60,000 nt of DNA from Lytechinus pictus (lineage: Eukaryota): contig NC_087246.1 in NCBI RefSeq assembly GCF_037042905.1, positions 4,156,001 through 4,216,000 of the forward strand, given 5' to 3'. The number at the start of each line of letters is the position of its first letter. Positions within the stretch are counted from its first letter, which is position 1. Both the position numbers and the translations under genes were made by a program. A model generated the notes under the pieces. The model did no database searches. It saw only the letters and a program-made list of their open reading frames with translations, and was not told where the DNA came from. This document shows, in pieces, positions 47,786 through 60,000 of the stretch.

Positions 47786-49952
47786 ACAAGCTGCGTATCT
47801 GACTAAACATGGGTGCGCGTGTTTAGAGTTAGACCTAGTATCTGGGGATTCTAAATACATTTTTTTATTATAAAAATCAATAATGCGAGTGCGAAGCGCG
47901 AGCAGAAAATATTTGATATTCCGATCTCAAAAAGGGTGAATTTAAACACTATTTTTAATACTGTGTCGGAAAATTCTGAAGTGGGGGGAGGGGGGGTTCT
48001 ACAAAACGTCGTTCATTTTCATTACATGTCATTTATGTCCCTCCCTGCTATCGAGTAGTGTGTAAACTATGGTTATCACGCAATCGCGCGCGACCACGTC
48101 TGTATCGGAATGCCGGAGCTTGATTGAGTCGCGTTATAGGAGGGATGTTATTAGAATATGTGAAAGACTATGTAAATGATTTGCGATTGTCGGATGTGAT
48201 AATTATGTACATTACTACATATTTTAAAAAAATACAGGGGGAACCTGATTTCGTGGGGGTGCTGCCTATGGAATATAATACACGCAGCACCCCCAGGAAA
48301 ATTTCTGGGGGTGCTTCAGCACCCCCAGCACCCCCGCTTCCCAGGTCCCTGTGGGAGAGGTGAGGGTGGGTGGGTGTGTGTGTGAGAGAGAAAGATAGAG
48401 AGAGAGAGATATTAAAGAGATGAATAAGTGGGGGATGAGGGCGTTTTGATCTGCCGTTTTGGGCCTAGGACGCGCCTGTCATACTAGCCTTAATTTGACA
48501 TCTATCAGCACCTTCTCCACTTTCCTCGTCACAAATAACATTTGCGCCTATAACCTTCACACTGGCTCGACCCCCAATTCAGGGCACAAGTTCTCTGCTC
48601 CAGTTTTACCCCATCTCTCCTTTCAGATCTGGGCATTAGTCTTTCTTGAACTTGAAAGCATGCCGCCCCTATCCCTCTCGACGTCTAAGCGGCTGGAGAA
48701 TTACAAGAGAAGACCCAACGCTGCGGACCTGACTGGGGCACTCATATGGCATGTATGGAATCATGGCGCCGTGCTCGTTTTGCGTCTAGGTCTAAGCATG
48801 GGTCTAAGCAAATCGGTTGCAGCCTTCTGCACCCACTTGCAAATCGTGCATAACCGAACTTGCGCACGCCATCTAAAAAGAAAATGCCTTTTAAAATAAG
48901 TTTAACTTGGTAAGACTTTTTGATCCAAGGTAAATAAACGTGAATGAGACCCAAAATGAACGCAGGGAAAAGCGATGACAAAAGATGGAACAATCAGCTT
49001 TGTGGTGGAAGGGTGAAAGAGGGAGGCTGATAAAATACCTTGAGCTCAATACGGTCACGTTTCAGGGCGTTGGGACGATTTATTCAATGATTGGGAAACC
49101 ATTCAGGTGAACTGGTAATGGAAAGACAATACGTCTTGATTTAAAGACGATAATTTGATAGATGCACGAGCGGCTCGGTAACTATGACATGCATGAGATA
49201 GTGTGGTACATTATATCAGACATTTTACATCTCGCTGATACATGTACTATTCAGATATGCAAGTTAAATGATATATACATCAAAATAAGGCAGTGAAATG
49301 TATAAATGAGACATAATTCATCATAGCGTATAGGGTTGACGAAGAAAGAGAGGAAGGTAAAAATTAAGAATGAGGATTGGATGATATTGCAAAATAATAT
49401 AAATGAAATGTTAAGCATGTTAATATGCGATTTAAATGAAAAAATGAAAAGAAAGTATAATTGACTTGTTTAAATCTTGAAATGCTTAATCGAGGATACT
49501 GACCAACATTATTTTGATCAGATATTGATCCATTTTCTGGTATAACATCAACAACAACAAAATGATAGGAACGAGAATATTGGTCTTGTCAAGCAGCACT
49601 GATGCAATATAATCCCTTTTCACGTTGTCATGGGAACGAGTTCATAATTGGTATTTCCTAGTTTCCGACGGCTGAGCGAAGAAGTCGATGAAAGTTTTAA
49701 TCCCTGTCTTCCCCCAAATACAAAATACGATAGCCGCGGTCAACTATTCGACATCAGGTGAGCTAATTTGAAGGTCGTGATCCGAAGTCGAAATGCCGAT
49801 GACGACGTGACAAACAAGACGTTCAATCGTTAAATATATATAGTGAGATACTTTTCAACAACAATTTGATATTTGTGATTTATTGTCAAGGGGAGTGTTT
49901 AAGTTTGTCAGTGATTTTCACTTATTAATTTGTTATCAGCCGAAGAGATCTG

Positions 49953-50224
49953 GGCCCCGTCTTACAAATAGTTACGATTGATCCGATCAATCGCAACTAT
50001 GGAAGGCCAGCAACGTCAACGTCTAAAATTACATGTTTGTTCAAAATATTTTCTAGAAATGATGTATATTCATACATTCACTGTTTTCTTGACAATTCAG
50101 TATGCTTCTCCTTGTTTTCAAGGACATTAGGCAAATTTTGTAGTAAAGAAAAATTATGAAATTGATGGATTTCCATATACTTGGGATTGATCAGATTAAT
50201 CGTAACTCTTTGTAAGACGGGGCC
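49953..50224. mobile_element. Harbinger-like MITE nested in an older MITE
   Basis: TIRs GGCCCCGTCTTACAAATAGTTACGATT / AATCGTAACTCTTTGTAAGACGGGGCC; flanks CTG/CAG; surrounding sequence resembles 5927-6063. Confidence 0.85.
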
Positions 50225-52184
50225 CAGATATATTTTCAGTAGCTATTGATGTATGTCATTGAAAAATCCTTCATAAAACACATCACATGTGTTTATTGGA
50301 TGTATTGCTTCGACATAATCAGAAAAAAAGCATTTGAGAAAATGGTAATTAAAAGGGGTTGTTATAATGATTCAGTCCGACAAGCTCCGTAACCTACAAT
50401 TTTGCAATAATCAAAATGACCGATCCAGACCGTTGTAGCATGCGCATTTTACTTAAAACATTGCCCTGGAACCAATGAGAATAGTTGTTTGATATTTGCC
50501 AAACCTTTGTTTCACGGCAGTCTGAAAACGGATAATAATGTAATGCCATTAACACTTTGGATGGTCATGTCTCCTTGATCACCCATGTGTTCACTATTAT
50601 CATGTTGCATCGAATAAACCAAAATCATTATAACCAAGTATTTTATTATGCTATGTCAGATGTTTCATGTAAAGATAAAATATCCCTGACACACCACATC
50701 AACTTTTCAACATTTTCAAATGAAATGGATCATTGATTATTGATTGATAATGGATACACCACATAGATTGATTAGTCTAAAATTGATCATTCAAAATCAA
50801 ACGAAATAAGTATCGTGGTCATATTTTTGCATCTTTTACAATGTTGTTATCAGCAGAATAGATTGTTCATCTGATATGCATCGTGGATTGATAAGTCCGA
50901 TAAAGAACAATAACGGTATAATTATTGAATATAATATGGATACATTCGGTTGTATGTTTATGGACTGAAGTGGAATTACGTGACTTTCCGCAGATGAATG
51001 CCATGAAACACCACATTATGCAAATGCAAAACTCATATCGACAGCAGAGTATTCATCATTGTATTATACACGCGCGTACATTTACATCCACGGAACGAAC
51101 GGGATTTTTCGTAAATATGGCGGAGCTGGGATTTCTTTTTGGCTGAATACATTGTTTTGAGATACTGTGTTGGTTGGGGTGTCTGGTAGTATGAAGGTTT
51201 TTCTATTTTGTGTAACTAAGGATAAAAAGATCTTCGGTATAAGTAGGATATTCACCGCATAGCACCTATCGCCATGGGATGTTTGTTAGACAACATTTCA
51301 TCGAATATTCCATCAGTTCAAGTTCGAAGAGAAGAGTTAGCCGCCATCTTTCATTACCCTGTAAAGACACGCCTTTGTTTCCAACCTTACAGGTGTATGC
51401 TAAACGTGATAGATTCATCTTCGCGTCGTTATTATTCCATCTCTAACTCGTCACTTTATAAATATAGTATACTATACCGTATGTTTGAACCCCCCCCCCC
51501 TCTCTGATCTTACCAGAGGCGGGTGGGAGTCTGATTCCCATACATGCCCCTCCGTGGTTACACCAGCAATGTTAGAACACCAAAATGATCAAAGAGAGTG
51601 GGAAAATGACGAAAGCTGCCAAGGTGGTCGCCTCGATACGAATGTCTTGCACAAAATAATGAATGATCATTGCACAAGACGTAACAATCTTGTTATTATT
51701 TACCTTCGTTTTAGGTCAAGTTATTTCATACAAGTTAAAAAGGATCATCTGATCATTTTACGATAGTGATCATGTGAAGCTTGGGCACATTTTCATCAAG
51801 TAAAACGCAAGTTTTTGTTGATAGTTACAATTATATTTACGATATTTTTGCATCTCATATGGTCTTGGTGTAAACATATATCATCTGGTCGAAATCCTGC
51901 ATATCGAGAGTAAAACTGTAACTTAGGGTGAAGTCTTATCATCCCACCAATCCTGATAATATAAACAGTTAGATTGAAGTAATTCAAAACTCGCGAAGAT
52001 GACACCCTAACATGTCTGTCCGGCCCGGGCTGGACGCCGCCAAGTCGTCTACGAGACGCTGATATCACTCCTCACAAGAAAAGCAGCGGATCTCATCAAG
52101 AATTTCTCACTCCCAAGTACGATGATGATAAAGAAAATGTCAGATTCAGCACCACCGCGTTGTTTCCGCTTAAATAACAAATGT

Positions 52185-52640
52185 TTCTGTTTTCTTCTCT
52201 TTCATGCTTTCTTCTTTTCTATCTTTTCTAATGCCTTTCTTCCATTCCGTTTTTTCAATATTCTTATGTAAAATCTACCCATTAATAAATTTGTATCTCT
52301 ATCTATCTATTTATCTATCTATATTTCTTTCTTTCTTTTCTCTTATTTATTTACTTTCTTTTTTTCATTCATTTTTCTCTTTTGATCCTCTTTCCTTTTG
52401 TTTGCTTTTCTCCTTTCTTTCTTTCTTCCTTCTGTCCTTTCTTTTTATTTTGTTTAAAGCCTACTATTCTCTTTTTCTTTCTTCTCTTATTCTCCTATCT
52501 CTTCCTTTTCCTCTTTTATCTTTCTGTGATTCCGTCATTCTTTATTTATTCATTTTCTTTCTTTTACTATCAGTACCTTTCCTTTCGTTCCTTCTTTGTT
52601 CCCTCTCTTTCGTATTCTCCCTTCCTTATATATGATTCTT
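52185..52640 (+). repeat. Polypyrimidine (CT-rich) low-complexity tract
   Basis: TTTC/CTT-rich sequence; source of spurious Phe/Leu/Ser ORFs. Confidence 0.85.
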
Positions 52641-55200
52641 CTTGTAATCATAAATCTTATCAAAATGATTTGGGAAACATGGCCCAATATAGTGTTTTAA
52701 TATCTTCTGTAGATTGTCTTTGTGCTGTATTGGGGACGCCTAGGGGTGGGGTGGGAACTAAAGTTAACTAAGGACTTGAGCACAATACACTTATTGAAAT
52801 AACAGAGAAATTCAAAATTTTAGCGGATTGATAAATCAAAACATATTATTAGAGTCAGTGTATGCTGAGAACGAGATACAAGAAAATATAGGGCCTGTTC
52901 TAAGTGTTAGGAAGTAATAATAGATTTTAATATTTCATTGATAACGTGCATGTCTCCTATCGTATGAACATAACGTAAGGGACTAAAATCACTGTAATTC
53001 AAATTGAATTTTCTTATAGCTCATTAATTGGTGCCCCATGGATCAATTCTCGTTGGAAAATCATCGAGATATATAAAAAGATTAGCCAACTTTAACACAT
53101 ATATTCTGTTGGGTGGATGAACAGCGATGGTGATGAAGATTTTAACACGTGCAAATCCCCTTTGGACCAGCGATAGGAGGCTGTACTTTATAGAGACACG
53201 AACTGCTGAAGCATTAAGGGCCGTCCATAACCCCTTAATCTGGTGGCATTCAAAGACTTAAGCGAACAATGTCAAGGTGCTGAGATGCAGACAAACATGG
53301 CGGGTCTGTGTCGAAGGGTTGGGCTTTGAAAGCTGATGATATATCTGCACCAAGGCAAGGGATATTTACAGGGGATCGAGAAGGGTTTGATGCCTCCTAT
53401 TCTTCATGCTGTCGAATTGAGGCTTTGTGCCCCTGAATTGATGACGACCTTCTTCAATATGTAGACCCTACTTTAAAACATGGAATGTTAAAACTAACAC
53501 CAGCTGATGTCCCTAGACTAGGGAATCACATCTTAAGGCGTTTATTACACCATAGCGTTTGAACATAACACCACAGACACAACCAAAAATTTTAACACCG
53601 TAACTGACTGGTGTGATCCCTATGTACACCGATTTATACAACAGTTTTTGCTGCGTGTACAGTGCGATGTGGTTCTGTTGTCTTTTTGATAGCCCTTGAT
53701 GTTGGCAAGGTATTGGAGGTTTCCAAGTAAAATGCGTTAAATCATCAATTACCTTTTTAAATACCCATCATGTTTTCTCTCTCTATCATTATTTGGATTA
53801 TATTATAAGGGAAGGACAGGATACTATCGACAATCCTTGAAATAAAACAGTCTGGCGATACCCCTATAATAGGGGTAGACTAGAGTTCGACTTCTCTCTT
53901 TAGAAAACTTGCTTGGGGTTAGCTTTCATCACCCGTGTGCCGGTATGATGGTATTGAGATGAGGAAGCTTCGCTCTCCGTCTTACTGTCGATCTCTCCCC
54001 CGTGAGATCCGGCTTCATGGCTTGGGTATTCTTGCAAGCCGTAGCTTTCGAGCGGAACGGCTGCCGGTAAAGAATCTTCACGGGGTTTGAACCTTGAAAG
54101 CGACGTCCACACTTACAGCAAAACTGTTCAGCCCACGGCATATCTCGCGAAATAAATTTCTTAGAAGCTGCATTGTTCTTTAGGTATATTTTCCCGAGAT
54201 TTAGGAGAGTGAACACAAACAGAGGCGCACAGGGTATAGTAGTATTCTAATAGGCCTGATTTCCCACTGCATGTCTCGGTCACGGTATACATGGGATATG
54301 CACAATTTTTTTTTCTAAAATGGTTCTGGCAAAAAATCTACATCTAAATTGTATTGAAATAATGATATTTTATCCATTTTATCAAGGTAAAATAAACTGG
54401 TCAATAGTGGCAAATTGAGAAATCTAAATTTTTCAACGTTCATAAATTCTAGAGAGGGGAAATAATATTATCGAATTAAAATTTGATTTCATTTGGTTAA
54501 ATCCCTTGCGTTTAGCAAAAGACATTATAAATCATACTTATATTATTAAGAATTAAAAACATGAAGTAATTGCAGACAGAGGTCCAACTGCCCTATGTCC
54601 TTTCCCAGGGACATTCAAGGCATGATATAATTTAAAACATATCATGTGTGATAATTAGTACAAGCATAATCGAGAATAACCTCTCTAAATACCATCTTAA
54701 AACTTTTTGTGTTAACGGCGCTCTTTATGACCCAGGGAGGCAGGAAAATCCAACAACTCATCAACTCAGTCTTGTTTGGTTTAGCAGACCTGTGGAACTC
54801 TTGTTCTCCACGCCTATGCCTGCTATGCCCAAGGCGAGACGAGGGCTAGCTCTAAGGGAACGGGAAGAGATTGCCCCGCCGGCTGATGAATGCTCGTTGA
54901 GTAACAAGAGGGTTGTACAGGAGACAGCCAGGCAGGTTTTAGACAAACCTTACTCATCCGACCAAACACCAAGTGGAAATTATTTCTCCTCCAAACACAC
55001 ACATGAGAGCATCCAAATATTGACATATGGTTCCCCTTCTGAACTTGAAGAACCTTAGCCCCATCCTTTCCCTTGTGTTGTTAGATGGTAATCTTTTAAT
55101 CCACATACAACTTACTGTATGGAAGAGTATCAAAACTACAGATCGTCCTATTTATTATAGCATAAATTATGATGGACCCACTATAAAGAGTCAAGGAGGG

Positions 55201-55487
55201 CAGGGCCCTGGAAATGGTTTTTTTTACTGGAGGTGCTGATGTAAAATTGAAAAGCGCCCCCCCCCCAAAAAAAAAAAAAAAAAATCTCTACAAAATTGAG
55301 GTCATTTTGGTCCCAAGAAATTTGAAAAGCAAAAAAATAAATAACAAAAAGTTTCACTACAAAATGAAGGTAATTTTGGTTGATTTTTTTTCTTCAATTT
55401 TTACACACCTTCCAGAATACCTGGGAGTGCTACCTCTGGAGAATAATACACGCAGCACCCCAAGCACCCCCGCTTCCAAGGCCCATG
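55201..55487. mobile_element. hAT-like MITE, short relative of the 45936-48351 element
   Basis: Imperfect TIRs CAGGGCCCTGGAA / TTCCAAGGCCCATG, perfect 8-bp TSD AAGGAGGG, shared subterminal TAATACACGCAGCACCCC..AGCACCCCCGCTTCC. Confidence 0.85.
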
Positions 55488-55689
55488 AAGGAGGGGGTGG
55501 GGGTGATAAGTTATAAGAAATTATTGGGATGGGCTGAATTCTTTCGACATAATATTGTCATCGTTGTTTTTACTAATTCGAATTTGACCACAAAAGGCCC
55601 TACTAGCATAAAAGCCATGAATGTTGGTTTTTTTTTACGTTAGTCATGCTATTGTAATCCTTGGTGGTGTTTCATAAATCTGTGTGTAA

Positions 55690-55800
55690 AGGGGCTTTCA
55701 CAATTGCTTGTGCGGTCGTTTGCGATCATTTGGTCACAATATATGTTGCACACAATCGCAACGGTTCTAAGCAGTCGCACCACCATTTGTGAAAGGGGCT
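55690..55800. mobile_element. Small MITE with TAA TSD inserted into the TIR of another MITE
   Basis: Ends AGGGGCTTTCACAA / TTGTGAAAGGGGCT; TAA at 55687-55689 and 55801-55803. Confidence 0.65.
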
Positions 55801-56064
55801 TAAGTTATGCAAAACTTTACGAATGACTGGCGACCCGTTCATCAGATTCTTAATTAATCATCTTTACCCCCATCAACTTAATTTTAAACATGATCTTTGG
55901 CCGCGAATGATTTTTTTTGTTCAAATAAACCATTTCTATTCTATTCTATTTTGTTCACAAGCATCGGCATATATTTTGTCTACATCCCATTGGGATAATA
56001 AGAAAATTAAATCCCACTATGTAAAGAAGGGGAAAGGAACATATTATCATTAAACACAAAATCA

Positions 56065-56180
56065 TATTTATTTATTTATTTATTTATTCATGTTTTATTT
56101 AACAAAAAATCGATAAAAAGAACAGTGGAGGGTAGTCCGGTTCAGTTACAAAACTGTTTTACAACGGAGCCCTCCACGAA
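56065..56180 (-). mobile_element. Probable LINE 3' end (stem-loop plus (TAAA)n tail)
   Basis: GTGGAGGG...CCCTCCAC stem next to (TTTA)n; an analogous + strand structure lies at ~37825-37895. Confidence 0.4.
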
Positions 56181-58577
56181 TAAAAAGAAACATAAACATG
56201 ATAAATGAAAAGCAGAACACATACATAGTAAATGAATAAATTACAGAAAATGAATATTATGAAATAGATAACATATCACAATGAGTTGTATATAATTAAC
56301 AAAAGCTTCGCGAAACAACCCCCACGTGATTTGAAATCATTACTTTGGCAGTTTTATTTCGATGGATATAAAAGTTCTCATTAAAATAAAAAAGGAGCTG
56401 AAATATTTCGACAAATACACAAGGCCGTTGTACTAACCTAGCATGAAACATCAAATTTATAACATAAATATCAGTTACATGTCTACAGCTTTTTGCTCCT
56501 TTTGAAATAAAGAGAAACGGCTTTTAAAGTGAATTCAAGCCAAATTTTCATTCATTTTCATATCATTATGACTATAGAATACGCTGCATGATATGTAATG
56601 AAATACATCGGAAGGATTCTTCAATTTAAAATGAAAAGCATTACTAAAAGATATAAATATATGCGTCATCTAAGTAGGTGTACGTTTCCAAGCTCAATTT
56701 TGTTTGAATAAGTTCGACAGAAATAAACACACGAAGTATGCAATAAACCAAAAACAAAACAAAATATATATTATTAAAAATATATACATTAAGTAGTTAA
56801 ATATAGCAGTAACAACAATCAAAATTGTATCTAGCATCATGTTAAGGTATTGCTAAAATCTTGTACTGAGCATCATGCCTTCTTCTCATGTTTCTTATCA
56901 ATTCATGAAATATTCATTTTTTAAAGAAACTTTTGCATGTGTTTCACCAATCATTTAATGAAATTGTTTCAATATATCTATTTGTACTGGGTTATACTGA
57001 CAATCTTCGCCAACCGATTTTTTTTTAAATTTCATTTCAATGCAATATGCGTATTCCTTGAATATAGCACGGAGTTACACCACATCGGTGTCAGAATAGG
57101 GTTGATAACGTATTCAGTGTTTCCGGCTTTCTGACTGGGTTTTGGGTGTGACCACGTGACACGGGCAGAGACGCCACGCTAATGCCTTTTAAAGAGGTCA
57201 CAAAATCTGGTTACCATTAAAGGACAGCAGAAATTGCGTATTCTTTGAATTTAGATATCTCCCTGAATTATCCCAGGCTCTTCACTTACTCCCATTTATA
57301 GACGAAGGTACTATTCAAAAGCTTCCATGATAACTGTATGTCTCCTGGAATCTACGGAGAAACTGGAAAAAAAAATGCCCCCCCCCCGATAGTGGAGAAA
57401 TAAAATAATGTATTTCCTGTTCTGTTTTTAAATCATCTTCGTATCTTACCTGTGGTCACATGTAACGGAATAGAGAGATGAGGAGGGGAAAAGAGAAAGA
57501 GATATAGAAATAAATTTAGGACGAGAGGAGTAGAGAGGGAGAGAAAGAGAGGGAAGAATAGAGAGAAAGAAGAGAGGGGGAAGGGGAGGGGGAGCAATGA
57601 TGACGAAAAAAAACCAATAGAATAAAATCAACGAAACATCTCTATCCCAAGTTTCTTGCCAATCGGCAATCTATTTTGTCCTTCATACAGAAATCATACG
57701 GTGAAATCATCTCCGCATTTCTAACTCCTCGTAAATCCAATTTCTCCAAATAATTACGGGTATTCTATCAATAAACCAATCAACGGACCATCCTTACTTC
57801 AAATGAAGAAAATTGCAGAAAAAGAAATATCTATGGTATAGAATAAAAGGCGCGTATTATAAGTTGAATAGGTGGCCATCTGTTTGAATTCCCTCAGTCC
57901 CACACATAATTTATCACGCGGGTTTGGTGTAGCTACATATCTGTAGACCTTGACACAAGGTACCCCTACCTTTCACCACCTCCCTCCCTCTTCATTTCAC
58001 CGCCGACTGAATTACCTTCTCCAGCCTTTCACGGTCAACTTTATCAGGTTCACTCACCCCAATCTTGTAGAATTTCGCCGTCGCAATTCCATGTATATCA
58101 AATTCATCTTATCACGTCGGAGCTCCGGCAACCCTCTTATATTTTCTATGAATTTTCCACTCCCGTTCTCCCGCTCAGCAGAAGTAATCTAGTCAGTGAT
58201 TATTGAATTATGTTTCATCCAATAAGCCAAGTTTCAATTATGGATGACGATTTTATGACTCCCTGTAAAGCTTTCGTAGATAATGCCAGTTGTGGAGCGA
58301 GCTTCCATAGGAATGTTTATAATAAAGATTTATTTCCGTTTATAGATATAATTTTCATATCGCACGTTAAAAGAAAACACAGAATGTAAACAGAGACCAT
58401 TAAGAAATGCTGAAATTTAAAAGGCCACAAAACATGAATGTCTTAACCAACTACATAATCCAACCACATCAATCAGGACTCGACCAGGCATCCATACTTT
58501 TAAACAGACCGGTAATGTAAAAAGAAAGGAATTAAATCATATGAAAATAAAAAAAATATATTCCTTTCCTCTTTATA

Positions 58578-58947
58578 AGGGAAGTTCACCCTGATGATAT
58601 ATCGGTTTTATCAAAAGCAGATATATTACGGACAAACACTGGTGAAGGTCTTAACCATTAAAGAATAATGGAGTTTTTAATTTCATTTTTTCATATGCGG
58701 GGCATGATATCATCAAACATCATTTCATAACTCCTTCTACAAGAAAATATTTCTATGTTCCGTTAAAATATCTATTTATGGAAATCATATCTGATGACAT
58801 GTGGAGAGCTGCTCGCATATAACGTCACTCGCAAATTTAAAACTTAATTTCTGTCATTTTCTTTGATGGATTTTCAACAGATCTTTACCAACATTTTTCT
58901 CATATTTTTCTGCCTATATCAAAAGTTATCGTCAGGGTGAATTTCCC
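58578..58947. mobile_element. MITE, Kolobok-like by resemblance
   Basis: ~20-bp inverted ends GGGAAGTTCACCCTGATGAT / ATCGTCAGGGTGAATTTCCC; TSD degraded. Confidence 0.65.
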
Positions 58948-59214
58948 AGTTTAGTGGTGATTTATTCCTTAACCATTCTCTTATCATATTTAGGTACAGG
59001 ATATTCATCATAGTTTATCTAAAATCTTGCGATATCGTCATTAAAACCATCCTACCTAAATTTATCAAAATAACACTCATCGTTTTGTTACCATAGCTAC
59101 AAAGTCAGCAACGTCCACATCATCAGTATCGTTATTACAATAAATTCGATTTTCCTTGAAAAAAAAGGTCGTCGGAATCGTCACATTAATATCAAAACCA
59201 TTATGACCATGGTC

Positions 59215-59900
59215 ACAATTGTCAACATGGATGACATCATCAACAACCTCGTCACCATCGTCAAACCGTTGATATCGCCAATATTTTCGTCACCGTCGTC
59301 AACATCTTGAACTTCGTCAACGTCCTCGTGACCATCGTCTACACCATTAACTTCGTCAACGTCCTCGTAACCATCGTCTACACCATTAATTTCGTCAACG
59401 TCCTCGTGACCATCGTCAACACCTTTAACATCGCCAACATCCCTGTCACCATCGTCAACACCGTTAATTTCGTCAACATCCTCGTCACCATCGTCATCAC
59501 CATTAACTTCGTCAGCATCCTCATCACCATTGTCATCACCATTAATTTCATCAAAATCATCGTCATAATCGTCATCATCAACACTGTTAATTTCGTCAAC
59601 AACCTCTTCATCATTGCCAACATCCTTCGTCAACACCTTTAATTTCGTCAACATCCTCATTACCATCGTCAAAATCCTCGTCGCTATCGTCATCACTGAT
59701 AATTTTGTCAACATTTTTGTCACCATCTTCAGTGCCATCAATATTGTCAACAACGTAATAATTTTTTACCATCGTCAGCATCGCCATCAGCAAGACTTCG
59801 ACCCATACTCAACATTGTCAGCATCTTCACCATCACTCCATCATTGTAGCTGTAGTCATCATTGTCATTATCAGCATCATCATCGTCACCACCTCCACCA
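59215..59900. repeat. 39-bp minisatellite grading into (CAT)n-like low complexity; Asp-rich coding potential on - strand
   Basis: Unit ACCATCGTCWACACCATTAAYTTCGTCAACGTCCTCGTG repeats at 59331, 59370, 59409, 59448, 59487 and beyond. Confidence 0.85.
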
Positions 59901-59909
59901 TCTTCAATA

Positions 59910-60000
59910 TCTGACTCTCGCCTTCCAAACAGCGGATCGTGGATTCGAATCCTAACCATGGCGTGTTTTCCTTCACCAAGAAATTTATCCACACTGTGCT
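59910..60000 (+). mobile_element. 5' part of tRNA-derived SINE (cut by window end)
   Basis: B-box GGATTCGAATCC at 59941-59952, followed by CCATGGCGTGTTTTCCTTCACCAAGAAATTTATCCACA, paralleling the 44330-44597 SINE body. Confidence 0.65.

Larger units (their letters stand above)
45936..48351. mobile_element. 2.4-kb non-autonomous hAT-like element with nested insertions
   Basis: Perfect 14-bp TIRs CAGGGACCTGGGAA and perfect 8-bp TSD TGGGAGAG (45928-45935, 48352-48359). Confidence 0.9.

Noticed and set aside
52204..52771. 143-aa and 129-aa hydrophobic ORFs
   Set aside because: Products of the CT-rich low-complexity tract.
53900..54112. 70-aa - strand ORF with natural-looking composition
   Set aside because: GTG start, no recognisable family, and no convincing acceptor; kept only as one of the GC-rich islands.
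59747..59992. ORF start MDKFLGEGKHAMVRIRIHDPL as N-terminus of an Asp-rich protein
   Set aside because: This part is the antisense of a tRNA-derived SINE head (B-box at 59941-59952), and the start codon is not ATG.

Overview
Eukaryotic, AT-rich and intron-rich animal genomic DNA. Repeat style and protein divergence suggest a marine invertebrate deuterostome, most likely a sea urchin (inference). Two spliced protein-coding genes could be reconstructed by hand, arranged head-to-head with 518 bp between their start codons. (1) Two-pore channel 1 (TPCN1/TPC1) on the - strand: 10 coding exons from 27346 down to 3436, about 447 codons, covering the N-terminus, domain I and the EF-like linker. The rest of the gene was not found and presumably lies left of the window. 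(2) A complete IQCD/DRC10 (dynein regulatory complex subunit 10) on the + strand: 4 coding exons, 27865-30652, 499 aa. Human TPCN1 and IQCD form the same divergent pair, and the short intergenic region here holds a consensus RFX X-box. The introns and the ~29 kb right of IQCD, where I recognise no gene, are rich in non-autonomous DNA transposons (PIF/Harbinger-like with CWG or TAA target sites, hAT-like with 8-bp TSDs, CAC..GTG/TA elements, Kolobok-like), several nested or chained. They also carry tRNA-derived SINEs, tandem arrays, low-complexity tracts and a 39-bp minisatellite with Asp-rich coding potential at the right end. I found no convincing wholly new biological system. The best leads are the conserved TPC1/IQCD bidirectional promoter, a decayed partial TPC1 exon duplicate, the nested and chained transposons, an X-box-bearing MITE, and candidate unannotated exons.
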